Positions 18,099 to 26,603 of a DNA stretch of 64,000 bases are shown piece by piece. The position numbers and the translations under genes are program-made. The DNA is from an uncultured Candidatus Saccharibacteria bacterium (GTDB taxonomy: Bacteria > Patescibacteriota > Minisyncoccia > Phycocordibacterales > UBA5272). The stretch covers positions 40,319 through 104,318 of the forward strand of contig CAZFBW010000001.1 of NCBI GenBank assembly GCA_964517625.1. The letters run 5' to 3'. The first letter of the stretch is position 1; the number at the start of each line of letters is the position of its first letter. Below the pieces are notes generated by a model. The model was not told where the DNA came from, made no database searches, and worked only from the letters and a program-made list of their open reading frames with translations.

Positions 18099-18802
18099 TG
18101 CTCCACAAAATCCCTGCAAAAGACATCTACACAAGTAAGCACGATTGGCTTACCTCTAAGTTTCTTTTTTCGTTTGCGGAATACCACGACGCAGACAACA
18201 TCTCGTGGGGGAAACTTCGTGTATGGAACGACGACGTCATCGCACCGGAAAGTGGATTTCCAATGCACTCGCATGCAAACTTTGAAATCGTGACTGTTGT
18301 TTTTGAAGGGGAACTTACTCACAAAGATAGTCTCGGAAATGAAAGCACTTTGCAACGTGGGTACATTCAACATATGTCGGCGGGTTCTGGGATTACCCAC
18401 AGCGAATACAATAATGGAAAAACACCAGTTGAACTGTATCAACTTTGGATTGCACCGAACAAGCGTGACATCAAGCCACATTATCAAGAAAAAGAAATTG
18501 GTTTTGGAACACCCGGCCTCCACATGCTCGTTTCAAAAGATTCACACTTTGAAAGTGAGCCACACTTGGCACTTCCCATTAACGCGAATGCAAAAATCTT
18601 TTACGGGTTTTTGAAAGAAGGTGAGACGGTAAACTATGCACTAGAGTCTCATGACTTTGTGGTTGTGTATATTCGTACCGGACATTTGGCGGTGGGACAC
18701 GTTGATGTTCGGGCAGGGGACGAACTTCGCATCCACAATGAGGCCGTGTTATTTGCACAAGCAAAAGAAGATACGGAATTTGTTGCGGTCGTTACCTGGT
18801 AA
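18098..18802 (+). CDS. Pirin family (cupin) protein
   Basis: N-terminal cupin His motif HSHANFEIVTVVFEGELTHKDSLGN and a C-terminal cupin repeat. Confidence 0.75.
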   Translation: MLHKIPAKDIYTSKHDWLTSKFLFSFAEYHDADNISWGKLRVWNDDVIAPESGFPMHSHANFEIVTVVFEGELTHKDSLGNESTLQRGYIQHMSAGSGITHSEYNNGKTPVELYQLWIAPNKRDIKPHYQEKEIGFGTPGLHMLVSKDSHFESEPHLALPINANAKIFYGFLKEGETVNYALESHDFVVVYIRTGHLAVGHVDVRAGDELRIHNEAVLFAQAKEDTEFVAVVTW

Positions 18803-18842
18803 ATTTACGCAAGAAAAGAACCCCACTAGCGAGTTGACGGGG

Positions 18843-19178
18843 ATGCTTTTGGTGTGTAGAGTTTGCTTAGTTGAACAATTAAAGGAAAGTGCTGTGAGAA
18901 AGACACTTCTTGTTTTGCTTGGGTTTGTATCTGGTTTTCTGCTTGTGAAACTTCTGTACACCACTGATGCCGTGTCGCTATACCTTGCGTATCGTATCAA
19001 TGGCCCAAAAGCAATTCATTTCATAGAAGACCTGTTTGCATATCAGCCAGGTATTGCCGTTTCACTTCTGTGTTTCTCCATTGCTTTCTTATACCTCATC
19101 GTAGAGAATTCACGTCTTGAGAGTGAAACAGAAGAGGAGGAGAAAAAGAGTACCAAAAAGAATCGTTACCCACCCTAA
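18843..19178 (+). CDS. Hypothetical small membrane protein (2 TM helices, acidic C-terminus)
   Basis: The ORF continues past pirin and a terminator hairpin follows at 19183..19210. The exact start is uncertain. Confidence 0.35.
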   Translation: MLLVCRVCLVEQLKESAVRKTLLVLLGFVSGFLLVKLLYTTDAVSLYLAYRINGPKAIHFIEDLFAYQPGIAVSLLCFSIAFLYLIVENSRLESETEEEEKKSTKKNRYPP

Positions 19179-19379
19179 GCAAACCCACACTTTCGGTGGG
19201 TCTTGTTTTTTTGGGAGAAAACGATTAAAAATCAAAAATAATGCTTATTTTATAAGGGTTTTTTGTTCTTAAAAACCCTTGCCCTGCAAGGTATAAATTG
19301 TCCCATAGGAAAAGTGCCTATTTTACAGTGTTTTTTGAGGAAAAATGTTGACAAATAAGGGTTTTTTGTGGTCTGGTAC

Positions 19380-19408
19380 TTGACAGCAGGTTTCTGTTGT
19401 GCTATAAT
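19380..19408 (+). promoter_or_regulatory. Consensus sigma70 promoter TTGACA-17-TATAAT
   Basis: Exact consensus hexamers with 17-nt spacing, about 110 nt upstream of the ATG at 19519. Confidence 0.7.
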
Positions 19409-19518
19409 TGACACATAATAGTGAACGTGTAAATACCCTGATTGAATGCTCGGTATTTTTAATTTTCACTCACTATTTTTCAGACCACGGGTCGTTTAGA
19501 GAGCGTAACTCTAACATC

Positions 19519-20055
19519 ATGACAAAATACATCTACAAGGTTAGTCAGGTTCTCGCGTTTGTGCCATTTATGGCCATCCCGAGCGCATCATTAATCTCAA
19601 ATATTGGTTCACTTGCACTTACATCTACTACTAAGGTTGAAATGAGTGTGGAGGATATCCGTGAGGAAAAGGCCAAAGCTATCGATACTTACTTTAAGGA
19701 GCGTAGCATGCCACTTTACGGTACCGGGATGACGTTTGTCCTCGTTGCTGAAAAGTACGGTCTTGACTGGAGACTTCTTCCTGCAATTGGCGTTCGTGAA
19801 TCTTCAGGCGGTAAAGCTGCTTGTGGTTACAACGCTTTCGGTTGGGGGTCATGCAAGCTTCACAACTTTCATAGTTATGAAGAGGCGATTAACGCTTTAG
19901 GGAAGAACTTAGGTGGCGCGAATGCTTCTACTGCAAAGTATTATGCTGGAAAGTCTACCAAGGATAAACTCTACTTCTATAACGGAACTGTTGTTCCAAC
20001 GTACCCAGACGAAGTGATTGCAATTATGAATAAAATCGAGGCTGATATGGATTAA
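19519..20055 (+). CDS. Secreted hypothetical protein (signal peptide), possibly with a glucosaminidase/muramidase-like domain
   Basis: N-terminal signal peptide (MTKYIYKVSQVLAFVPFMAIPSAS) and a VRESSGG…NAFGWG stretch. A terminator follows at 20093..20129. Confidence 0.5.
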   Translation: MTKYIYKVSQVLAFVPFMAIPSASLISNIGSLALTSTTKVEMSVEDIREEKAKAIDTYFKERSMPLYGTGMTFVLVAEKYGLDWRLLPAIGVRESSGGKAACGYNAFGWGSCKLHNFHSYEEAINALGKNLGGANASTAKYYAGKSTKDKLYFYNGTVVPTYPDEVIAIMNKIEADMD

Positions 20056-20180
20056 CACTCATACCTCCCTCGTTCTCATACCAGAGAAAAACAAAAGGGC
20101 GCGCCGTAAGGTGCGCCCTTTTGTTTTTTCGTGCTAAAGGTGATAGATTTATGCCAGACCAATCAAAGAGGAGTTCTTTA

Positions 20181-20510
20181 ATGTCACACAAAACAATTCT
20201 GATTGTTGGCGTTGGGGCAACCTGTCTTCTCTTTGAGAGTTTACAGGCTATCGCCAAAGAGGCTGGGTTTACGTTGATTGAGGCAAAAGAGGCTCCTGGA
20301 GATCCTGCTCCTGTTCAACCGTCGCCTGAGTACATCTTTGCTCTCGTTGATACCAGGCGTCCTTCGCTTGCGGAACTTGCTCAATTTTTGAAACGAGAGA
20401 ATCTTTCTTCTCGACAGTTAAAGAGAATGCATCGTAACAAGCGAGGCGTACCACGTGACATAAAAACAAAAAGTCGTGTGACCGCAATGAAAAAAAAGAG
20501 TAGGAGGTGA
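20181..20510 (+). CDS. Hypothetical protein with a basic C-terminus (109 aa)
   Basis: A Shine-Dalgarno site (aagaggag) precedes the ATG. It forms an operon with the next ORF, separated by a 3-nt gap. Confidence 0.45.
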   Translation: MSHKTILIVGVGATCLLFESLQAIAKEAGFTLIEAKEAPGDPAPVQPSPEYIFALVDTRRPSLAELAQFLKRENLSSRQLKRMHRNKRGVPRDIKTKSRVTAMKKKSRR

Positions 20511-20513
20511 ACA

Positions 20514-20834
20514 GTGTTTGAGAAATATAGGGAAAGAATTCGCCAGAGATTCTCAACTCCTTTCTGGGTTGGCTTCTTTCGTGGTTTATGCTCAGTTTCC
20601 GAAGTTCTTGGAGACGGGCTACGTCGAACCACAGGAAGCACTTTCCAAAGGACAGCTCGTTATAAACCTCTCAAACCTCTCACGGTCAAGGAAGCCTTCG
20701 AGAAAGACAGAGAGGCAATCAGGGGTGATTTCGAGAAGGTTTGTGGGGATTTGCGTCGTGTGACCAACAGAGCCACAGCAAATTGTGCCAACGTAACCCC
20801 ATTCCCGAAGAAGGAAAAAAATGAAAAGCGGTAG
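20514..20834 (+). CDS. Hypothetical basic protein (106 aa, GTG start)
   Basis: Strong Shine-Dalgarno site AGGAGG 5 nt upstream of GTG. A terminator follows at 20828..20855. Confidence 0.45.
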   Translation: MFEKYRERIRQRFSTPFWVGFFRGLCSVSEVLGDGLRRTTGSTFQRTARYKPLKPLTVKEAFEKDREAIRGDFEKVCGDLRRVTNRATANCANVTPFPKKEKNEKR

Positions 20835-20876
20835 CCTAAAGGCTACCGCTTTTTTCTTTTTCCCGCTCAAGTGCAA

Positions 20877-21176
20877 TTAATCTTTCTTGTCCAATTTATC
20901 TAACCCCAAACTTTTTACACCGAAGTAGACGACACAAGCAATGACGATAAAGTTAATACAAGCGGCGAGCAAACTCCCGTATTTGATGGTTGCTGTTCCA
21001 ATCATAAGTGTTGCTTCCATTAACCCCTCTGCTTTTCCAAGCAAAAGCCCAAGTATTGGATTCACAACATCATCTACAATTGACTTTACAACACTGCTCA
21101 CCGCACCACCTAAAATGAAACCAACCGCGAGTCCCACAACGCCCTGCGTACGAACAAAATCAATAAATCCTTTCAT
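20877..21176 (-). CDS. mscL: Large-conductance mechanosensitive channel
   Basis: MKGFIDFVRTQGVVGLAVGFILGGA… MscL TM1 signature; 99 aa. Confidence 0.85.
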   Translation of the reverse strand: MKGFIDFVRTQGVVGLAVGFILGGAVSSVVKSIVDDVVNPILGLLLGKAEGLMEATLMIGTATIKYGSLLAACINFIVIACVVYFGVKSLGLDKLDKKD

Positions 21177-21204
21177 ATATATTTAGATTATAAAAATAAG
21201 TATA

Positions 21205-21891
21205 TCACTTGTACTTTCGTGCTATGTAGCGTTTCGTGTAGTGGCTGATTGCAAGAAGTGCAATAAAAATAAACAGTGCGCTTAGGAGGTACTCAGTATG
21301 CACGAGTGAATATCCAAGGAAAATATATGATGAGAGGCCAGGGATGACGCCAACCATGGTTGCTAGGATGTAGTCTTTAAAAGGCAATCTAGCAATTCCG
21401 GAGGCATAGTTTACGACATCGAAAGGGAAAATTGGCACTAAGCGTAACATAAAAACAGACATGAAAGCATTTCCGGAAAGGTATTTTCCAACTCGCGTAT
21501 GTGCAATTTTTTCAGCAATGCCAAAATTTTTTCCGAAGTATTTTCCGATAGCAAAGGCAATCACAGCAGAAAACAATTCCCCAATGTAACTAATGACAAG
21601 ACCACCAGTTACACCAAACAAAAAGACGGATGTAAGTGTCATGACTGACGCCGGAAACATCACCAGCGGTCGCACAGCATAGAGAATCATAAACAACAAC
21701 GGAGAGTATATGCCAAAACCCATGAGTCTGCGTTGCAATTCTTCACCAAACATCATGAGTGCCGGTTGGAGCCCCATGTCTTCTATGAAGGCATACTGGT
21801 AGAGTTCATACAGAAAAAAAGATATTGCGAGAAGCCAAACCGTCGCTACGCCATACTTAACATAGATTCGCATCGTGCGCTTAGTATACAC
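21205..21891 (-). CDS. DedA/TVP38/TMEM64 family membrane protein
   Basis: Conserved DedA core (…LRLVPIFPFDVVNYASGIARLPFKDYILATMVG…). Confidence 0.75.
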   Translation of the reverse strand: MYTKRTMRIYVKYGVATVWLLAISFFLYELYQYAFIEDMGLQPALMMFGEELQRRLMGFGIYSPLLFMILYAVRPLVMFPASVMTLTSVFLFGVTGGLVISYIGELFSAVIAFAIGKYFGKNFGIAEKIAHTRVGKYLSGNAFMSVFMLRLVPIFPFDVVNYASGIARLPFKDYILATMVGVIPGLSSYIFLGYSLVHTEYLLSALFIFIALLAISHYTKRYIARKYK

Positions 21892-21902
21892 CGCTTCTTT
21901 CT

Positions 21903-22754
21903 TTATTGTTCTGTGACGTTTACGCTACCGTTTTTCTGGTTAATGGTAATCGTAAGAGACGAAAAATCTGCCGGGATGGTCACAAAACGTTCTTTGATTA
22001 AAGCTTCTACTGATTTTGGGTACGTTTTGAATTTCGCTTTGTATGCAAGTACCGCATTTTCAAGCATCATTGTAAATTCTTCGGTGGCGATTCCTTTTTC
22101 CGCAAGTTTTTTGATGGTTTCACTTTTGGTGGTGTCACGGATGACGCGCATGAGTTCACGAGAGACATTTTTACCAAGAATTTTTTTCGCAGTAATTGAT
22201 GAATAGGTGAGAGGAACAACAGGAGGTGCTCCTTCTACGTTTGCTGCAATTTCAAGGTAGTGAAGGGCTCGCGTTTCGTTTCTGTCAAAATGGTTGTACA
22301 TTGTGCCCATGTAAAAAGGAATTTCCCAGTTGTTTGGCATGGTTGCAATGCCAATATCTGCAATGCTTGCAACTTTAGTAATTGATTCTCTATCTTTCTC
22401 TGTCGGCACAGTAAAAATAGCAAACAGGTATGGATAGGAAAAACGAGGGTCGAGTGCGGAAATGTTTCGGAAATAGTTGAGATAAAATTCTTCTTCATGG
22501 TCCCATCCGGTAAAATCTTGCACGGCAGAAATCCAATAGTAATCCGCAAGAACATTGTTGAAACCAAAACTTAAGTGCTTTACGATTTTTGGTTCGATGA
22601 TGCTTCGATGTTTAACGGTAAAACGAAATGATTCAACCGCAAACGAGCCCGAGGCTTTGTCATGGAATGATTGTAGGGTTGCAACGATAGAAAGAAAAAG
22701 GACAAGTGTAATGCCGGAAAGTAGTGGCGCGTATGTTTTGAGGTGGTTACTCAT
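21903..22754 (-). CDS. Hypothetical membrane-anchored protein (lies downstream of the ABC-2 transporter on the same strand)
   Basis: 283 aa with an N-terminal TM helix. It sits in an apparent operon between the ABC permease and DedA. Confidence 0.45.
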   Translation of the reverse strand: MSNHLKTYAPLLSGITLVLFLSIVATLQSFHDKASGSFAVESFRFTVKHRSIIEPKIVKHLSFGFNNVLADYYWISAVQDFTGWDHEEEFYLNYFRNISALDPRFSYPYLFAIFTVPTEKDRESITKVASIADIGIATMPNNWEIPFYMGTMYNHFDRNETRALHYLEIAANVEGAPPVVPLTYSSITAKKILGKNVSRELMRVIRDTTKSETIKKLAEKGIATEEFTMMLENAVLAYKAKFKTYPKSVEALIKERFVTIPADFSSLTITINQKNGSVNVTEQ

Positions 22755-22765
22755 AGGAAAAAATA

Positions 22766-23536
22766 TTAGAACTCTTTTTTCTTAAAGCTAAGGTTGGCAA
22801 GATAGAAAAGAAGGCCTGAACAAAAGATTGCATACAGGAACGCGACAAAAAGTGTCATCATGCTTGGAATTTCCCCAAAGACAATGTCATTTCTGATGTT
22901 GAATTTTTCAAGATTTGGCAATAGATAGTAGATACCACGCGCTACGACTTCACTTGCTGTTGAGATGGGAAAAGCAATGAGTGGGCGGAGTGAATCTCCA
23001 GAATGTCCTGCTAAGAAAAAGACGACGGTGTAGATAGCGGAAAGAATTGGAGAGGTGAATCCAGAAAAAAGAATTGAAATAAAAATGAGAATCATTGCTT
23101 CAAGCGTACTTAAAAATACCGAGACAAGAATAGGGACGAAAAAGGAAACTCCACCTTTTAAGAAAAGAATAACAAAGAGCGCAAGGGAGGAAAGCAGGGT
23201 AACGGCAAGTGTTGTAAAGGTAAGTCCGAACGCTTTTCCGAGAATGATTTCATATCGGTGGATTGGCTTTGGCAGGATGAGGAAAAATGTTTTCTGTTCA
23301 ATTTCCTTGTACATGAGCATACTTCCAATGAAGATAGCAACAAAGATTTGTAGGATGTAAATTGCTGAAACGCCGAAGTCCACAATCATGCGCAAGTTTT
23401 GTTCAAGTGAAATGCTTCCGATGAAGAGGGTAAACGCGATGATGACAAGGACAACGGCGAGTGCGGCGAGTAAAATGCGGTCGCGCATGGTTTCGCGAAA
23501 GGTGTTGTGGGCGATGGTGAAAATATTACGAAACAT
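22766..23536 (-). CDS. ABC-2 family transporter permease
   Basis: Six-TM ABC-2 permease pattern. The internal Met start overlaps the upstream ATPase stop. Confidence 0.7.
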   Translation of the reverse strand: MFRNIFTIAHNTFRETMRDRILLAALAVVLVIIAFTLFIGSISLEQNLRMIVDFGVSAIYILQIFVAIFIGSMLMYKEIEQKTFFLILPKPIHRYEIILGKAFGLTFTTLAVTLLSSLALFVILFLKGGVSFFVPILVSVFLSTLEAMILIFISILFSGFTSPILSAIYTVVFFLAGHSGDSLRPLIAFPISTASEVVARGIYYLLPNLEKFNIRNDIVFGEIPSMMTLFVAFLYAIFCSGLLFYLANLSFKKKEF

Positions 23537-24260
23537 GGTATTGGCGTGAAGTTTCAATAATGTGCACAAATGCATCTTCCAAGTCACGGTGGCCGATAGA
23601 TAAACTTTGTGGTGTGTCGTGTGCAATGAGTATGCCTTTATCGATAATACCGACCACGTCGCAGATTTCTTCGACGTCTGCCAAAATGTGTGAGTTAAAG
23701 AATATGGTTTTACCTTGTTCTTTAAGGGCAAGAATAATTTTTTTTACTTCAGCGCGACCAAGTGGGTCAAGGCCGTCTAGTGGTTCGTCTAAGAAAAGAA
23801 TATCTGGATTGTTGATGAGCGCTTGGGCAAGACCAAGACGCTGAAGCATGCCTTTTGAGTAGGTGCGAATTTGTTTGTTTTTGGCATGGCTCAAATCAAC
23901 ACTCATTAAGATGTCTTCAATGTGGTGGTTGGGGTGTGCTTGTTTAAAAATTTTTGCAATGAATTCCAAAAATTCTTTGCCCGTTAAATATCCGTAGAAC
24001 GCAGGGGATTCTGGCATGAAGCCGATTTTTGCGCGAACAGAAATGTCATCTGGAGTTCCGCCTAAAAGTGAAATGGACCCTTCCGTTGGTTTAGAAAGTC
24101 CGACGAGCATTTTTATGGTTGAGGTTTTACCAGCGCCGTTTGGTCCAAGGAAACCAAAAACGGTCCCCATGGGTATTTCTAGAGTGAGATTTTTTACAAC
24201 GCTGTGCTCACCGTTCGTGAAGTACGTCTTGGTGACATTTTGAAGGGTTATCCCGTGCAT
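23526..24260 (-). CDS. ABC transporter ATP-binding protein
   Basis: Walker A GPNGAGKTST, the LSGGM signature and Walker B ILFLDEP. Confidence 0.85.
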   Translation of the reverse strand: MHGITLQNVTKTYFTNGEHSVVKNLTLEIPMGTVFGFLGPNGAGKTSTIKMLVGLSKPTEGSISLLGGTPDDISVRAKIGFMPESPAFYGYLTGKEFLEFIAKIFKQAHPNHHIEDILMSVDLSHAKNKQIRTYSKGMLQRLGLAQALINNPDILFLDEPLDGLDPLGRAEVKKIILALKEQGKTIFFNSHILADVEEICDVVGIIDKGILIAHDTPQSLSIGHRDLEDAFVHIIETSRQYHVS

Positions 24261-24328
24261 AGGAAAATAGTACCAGAATAGGGGGAAAGCGCAATGAGGG
24301 GGAGAGAAACATGGTCGTCATTATGTTG

Positions 24329-24415
24329 CGGAGAGAGCGAGATTCGAACTCGCGGACCCAATAAAGGGTCGACAGTTTAGTAAACTGTTGATTTAAACCA
24401 CTCATCCATCTCTCC
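24329..24415 (-). tRNA. Type-II (long variable arm) tRNA, Ser-like, with apparent anticodon ACU (unusual A34)
   Basis: GGAGAGAUGGAUGAGUGGUUUAAAUCA-ACAGU-UUACUAA-ACUGU-variable arm-GCGAG-TTCGAAT-CTCGC-UCUCUCC-G. G73 discriminator. A TATAAT promoter lies about 30 nt upstream. The anticodon is read from a hand fold. Confidence 0.6.
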
Positions 24416-24441
24416 GATTTTTCCACACAGACACCTATTTT

Positions 24442-24465
24442 GCGGCGCAGAATTATAGTCGCTTT
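24442..24465 (-). promoter_or_regulatory. tRNA promoter -10 region (minus strand aaagcgacTATAATtctgcgccgc); 24-nt motif repeated at 26223..26246
   Basis: Exact TATAAT positioned correctly for the tRNA at 24415. The same 24-mer recurs 1.78 kb away. Confidence 0.55.
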
Positions 24466-24595
24466 GCTCCTTAATTCTGCATCCTGCAAAAATATGGTTG
24501 CCCCACTCCTTCTTGTGTTGCTAGACGCAACACGTGCGAAGTGATTTGAAGCTTTTTTGTATGGAACGCTTCGCTTGCAAAAAACTTAAAATCAG

Positions 24596-24682
24596 CGGAG
24601 ACGATGGGATTTGAACCCATGAAGGGCGTAAACCCTTGCCTCGTTAGCAGTGAGGTGCCTTCGACCACTCAGCCACGTCTCC
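24596..24682 (-). tRNA. tRNA-Ser (anticodon GCU)
   Basis: Type-II tRNA. Acceptor GGAGACG/CGUCUCC, G73, anticodon loop CUGCUAA, long variable arm, T-arm ATGGG-TTCAAAT-CCCAT. Confidence 0.8.
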
Positions 24683-24801
24683 GAATCGTCATATTCTAGC
24701 ATGATATTCATATCATTTCTAATGGTTGATTAATACCAATATTTTCACAATACGTTTGCTATACTCAAACCAAGTTGATCTTTTACAGGAAAGGGTAAAT
24801 C

Positions 24802-25707
24802 ATGAAAATGTTTTTTTCATTCATGGACCGCGTGGCGCGAGTGCCATGGTGGTTGTACATCGTAACTGTAGTTGTTCTTGCTGGTGTCGTTAAATATTTT
24901 CATCTCTGGGATGGATTGATTCAAAATCCATTTTGGTCGGTGATTGTTACCACGGTTGTGCTCACCCAAATCACGATTGCGGGGGTGACAATCTATTTGC
25001 ATCGCAACCAAGCTCACAGTTCACTCGTACTTCATCCTATCGTCAGCCATTTTTTCCGTTTTTGGATGTGGCTAACAACCGGCATGAAAACGAAAGAGTG
25101 GGCAGCGATTCATCGCAAACATCACGCTAAAGTTGAAACAAAAGACGACCCGCACAGTCCGAAGACGTACGGTATTTTGCGTATTGTGTTTGCTGGGGTG
25201 TTTCTGTATGTGTGCGAATCGCATAACAAAGAGACACTTAAGCGTTACGGACACGGAACCCCAGATGATGAACTTGAGAGGAAGGTATACACGCCGTATC
25301 ACAAGTATGGCATTGTGCTTATGCTCCTTTTTGATTTTTTCGTGTTTGGTTTTCTGTTTGGACCAATTATCGGTCTTGCAATTTGGCTTGTGCAGATAGC
25401 TTGGATACCTTTCTGGGCCGCTGGTTTTATCAATGGTGTCGGACACTATTTCGGCTACCGAAACTACCCTAGCTTAAACAGGAAAACGGGGGAGCTAGAT
25501 TGGTCGAGGAACATTGTTGCTTGGGCTTTCTGGATTGGTGGGGAAGAGCTTCACAACAACCATCACGCCTATCCTACAAGTGCCAAACTTTCGGCGAAGT
25601 GGTACGAGTTCGATATTGGTTGGATGTATATCCGCATCTTGGAAACACTCGGATTGGCAAGGGTGAAGTTTGCTTACGGCCGTACGAAAGGGCCCTTCGA
25701 CATCTGA
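24802..25707 (+). CDS. Fatty-acid desaturase (membrane acyl-CoA/acyl-lipid delta-9-like)
   Basis: Three His boxes: HRNQAH, HRKHHAKVE and HNNHHAYP. Confidence 0.8.
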   Translation: MKMFFSFMDRVARVPWWLYIVTVVVLAGVVKYFHLWDGLIQNPFWSVIVTTVVLTQITIAGVTIYLHRNQAHSSLVLHPIVSHFFRFWMWLTTGMKTKEWAAIHRKHHAKVETKDDPHSPKTYGILRIVFAGVFLYVCESHNKETLKRYGHGTPDDELERKVYTPYHKYGIVLMLLFDFFVFGFLFGPIIGLAIWLVQIAWIPFWAAGFINGVGHYFGYRNYPSLNRKTGELDWSRNIVAWAFWIGGEELHNNHHAYPTSAKLSAKWYEFDIGWMYIRILETLGLARVKFAYGRTKGPFDI

Positions 25708-25824
25708 TTTCTTTAGACGCGTAAACGAAAGTTCACGCGTTTTTTATTTTGTGATTTGTTGTGGTAGTATCAAAAATAGAATCCGCGCTTGTGCGGGTAT
25801 GTTCTATAGAAGGAGGGTATTATC

Positions 25825-26172
25825 ATGAAAGAGGGCCTGATTCGCCTCGGCACACCCGTCGAGGTAACAGCACCTGGTGGCTTGATTCGTAGAGGGTACG
25901 TATCAGCGTTTGATACGGTTGTCATCCACAAGAAAAGTGATATCAGTGCAGAACGCGTCAGTGTTTTTTACATTGACGACACAATGAAGCCCAAGCACGA
26001 ATCCTTTCTTTTCGAGGGAGAGTACTGGGTTGACTTTGCGGTGTACAATGCGAAAAAACACACATGTCTTCCGGTCTACAAGATTCGTGCTGTGCCGTTC
26101 GCGGGGCTTGCTCCACACGTTGAGCAAGAAGGGGCTGTGCCGAAATCAGGCGAAGTCGACTTCGAGCTCTAA
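25825..26172 (+). CDS. Hypothetical protein (115 aa)
   Basis: Normal composition; terminator hairpin at 26184..26220. Confidence 0.45.
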   Translation: MKEGLIRLGTPVEVTAPGGLIRRGYVSAFDTVVIHKKSDISAERVSVFYIDDTMKPKHESFLFEGEYWVDFAVYNAKKHTCLPVYKIRAVPFAGLAPHVEQEGAVPKSGEVDFEL

Positions 26173-26222
26173 AGTTTTTCTTTAGCCGGTTGTTGTAAGA
26201 ACAGCCGGCTTTCGTTTTTTTG

Positions 26223-26246
26223 GCGGCGCAGAATTATAGTCGCTTT
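26223..26246 (-). repeat. Second copy of the 24-nt tRNA-promoter motif (gcggcgcagaattatagtcgcttt), with no tRNA downstream
   Basis: Identical to 24442..24465 and directly adjacent to the 3'-fragment copy of tRNA-Ser(CGA). Confidence 0.8.
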
Positions 26247-26255
26247 ACGCCTTGT

Positions 26256-26278
26256 TTTTGCGGAAATGGTGGGATTTG
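26256..26278 (-). repeat. Orphan copy of the tRNA-Ser(CGA) 3' end (23 nt), about 180 bp from the intact tRNA
   Basis: ttttgcggaaatggtgggatttg is identical to 26454..26476. Confidence 0.8.
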
Positions 26279-26458
26279 GTCACCAAACATATCTTTTTAT
26301 TTCATGACTACATTCATAAAAAGATTGTTTCGCGACCCCGACTTCACCCTCGCTGTTTTTGATTACAAAATCAGACTTCGTCTCGGGTTCAGTTCAAATC
26401 TACTCATTTCTCGCAAAATACAATTGCACAAAGCTCACGCTTCGTGCTCATTATTTTG

Positions 26459-26545
26459 CGGAAATGGTGGGATTTGAACCCACGAACAGATTACTCCGTT
26501 GCCTGATTTCGAGTCAGGTGCCTTCAACCACTCAGCCACATTTCC
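26459..26545 (-). tRNA. tRNA-Ser (anticodon CGA)
   Basis: Type-II tRNA. Acceptor GGAAAUG/CAUUUCC, G73, anticodon stem CCUGA/UCAGG with loop CUCGAAA, T-loop TTCAAAT. Confidence 0.8.
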
Positions 26546-26603
26546 AAACATAAGTCCTCACATTATTTTTTTGGACTATTTATCGATAGGTAGTATATCA
26601 AAA

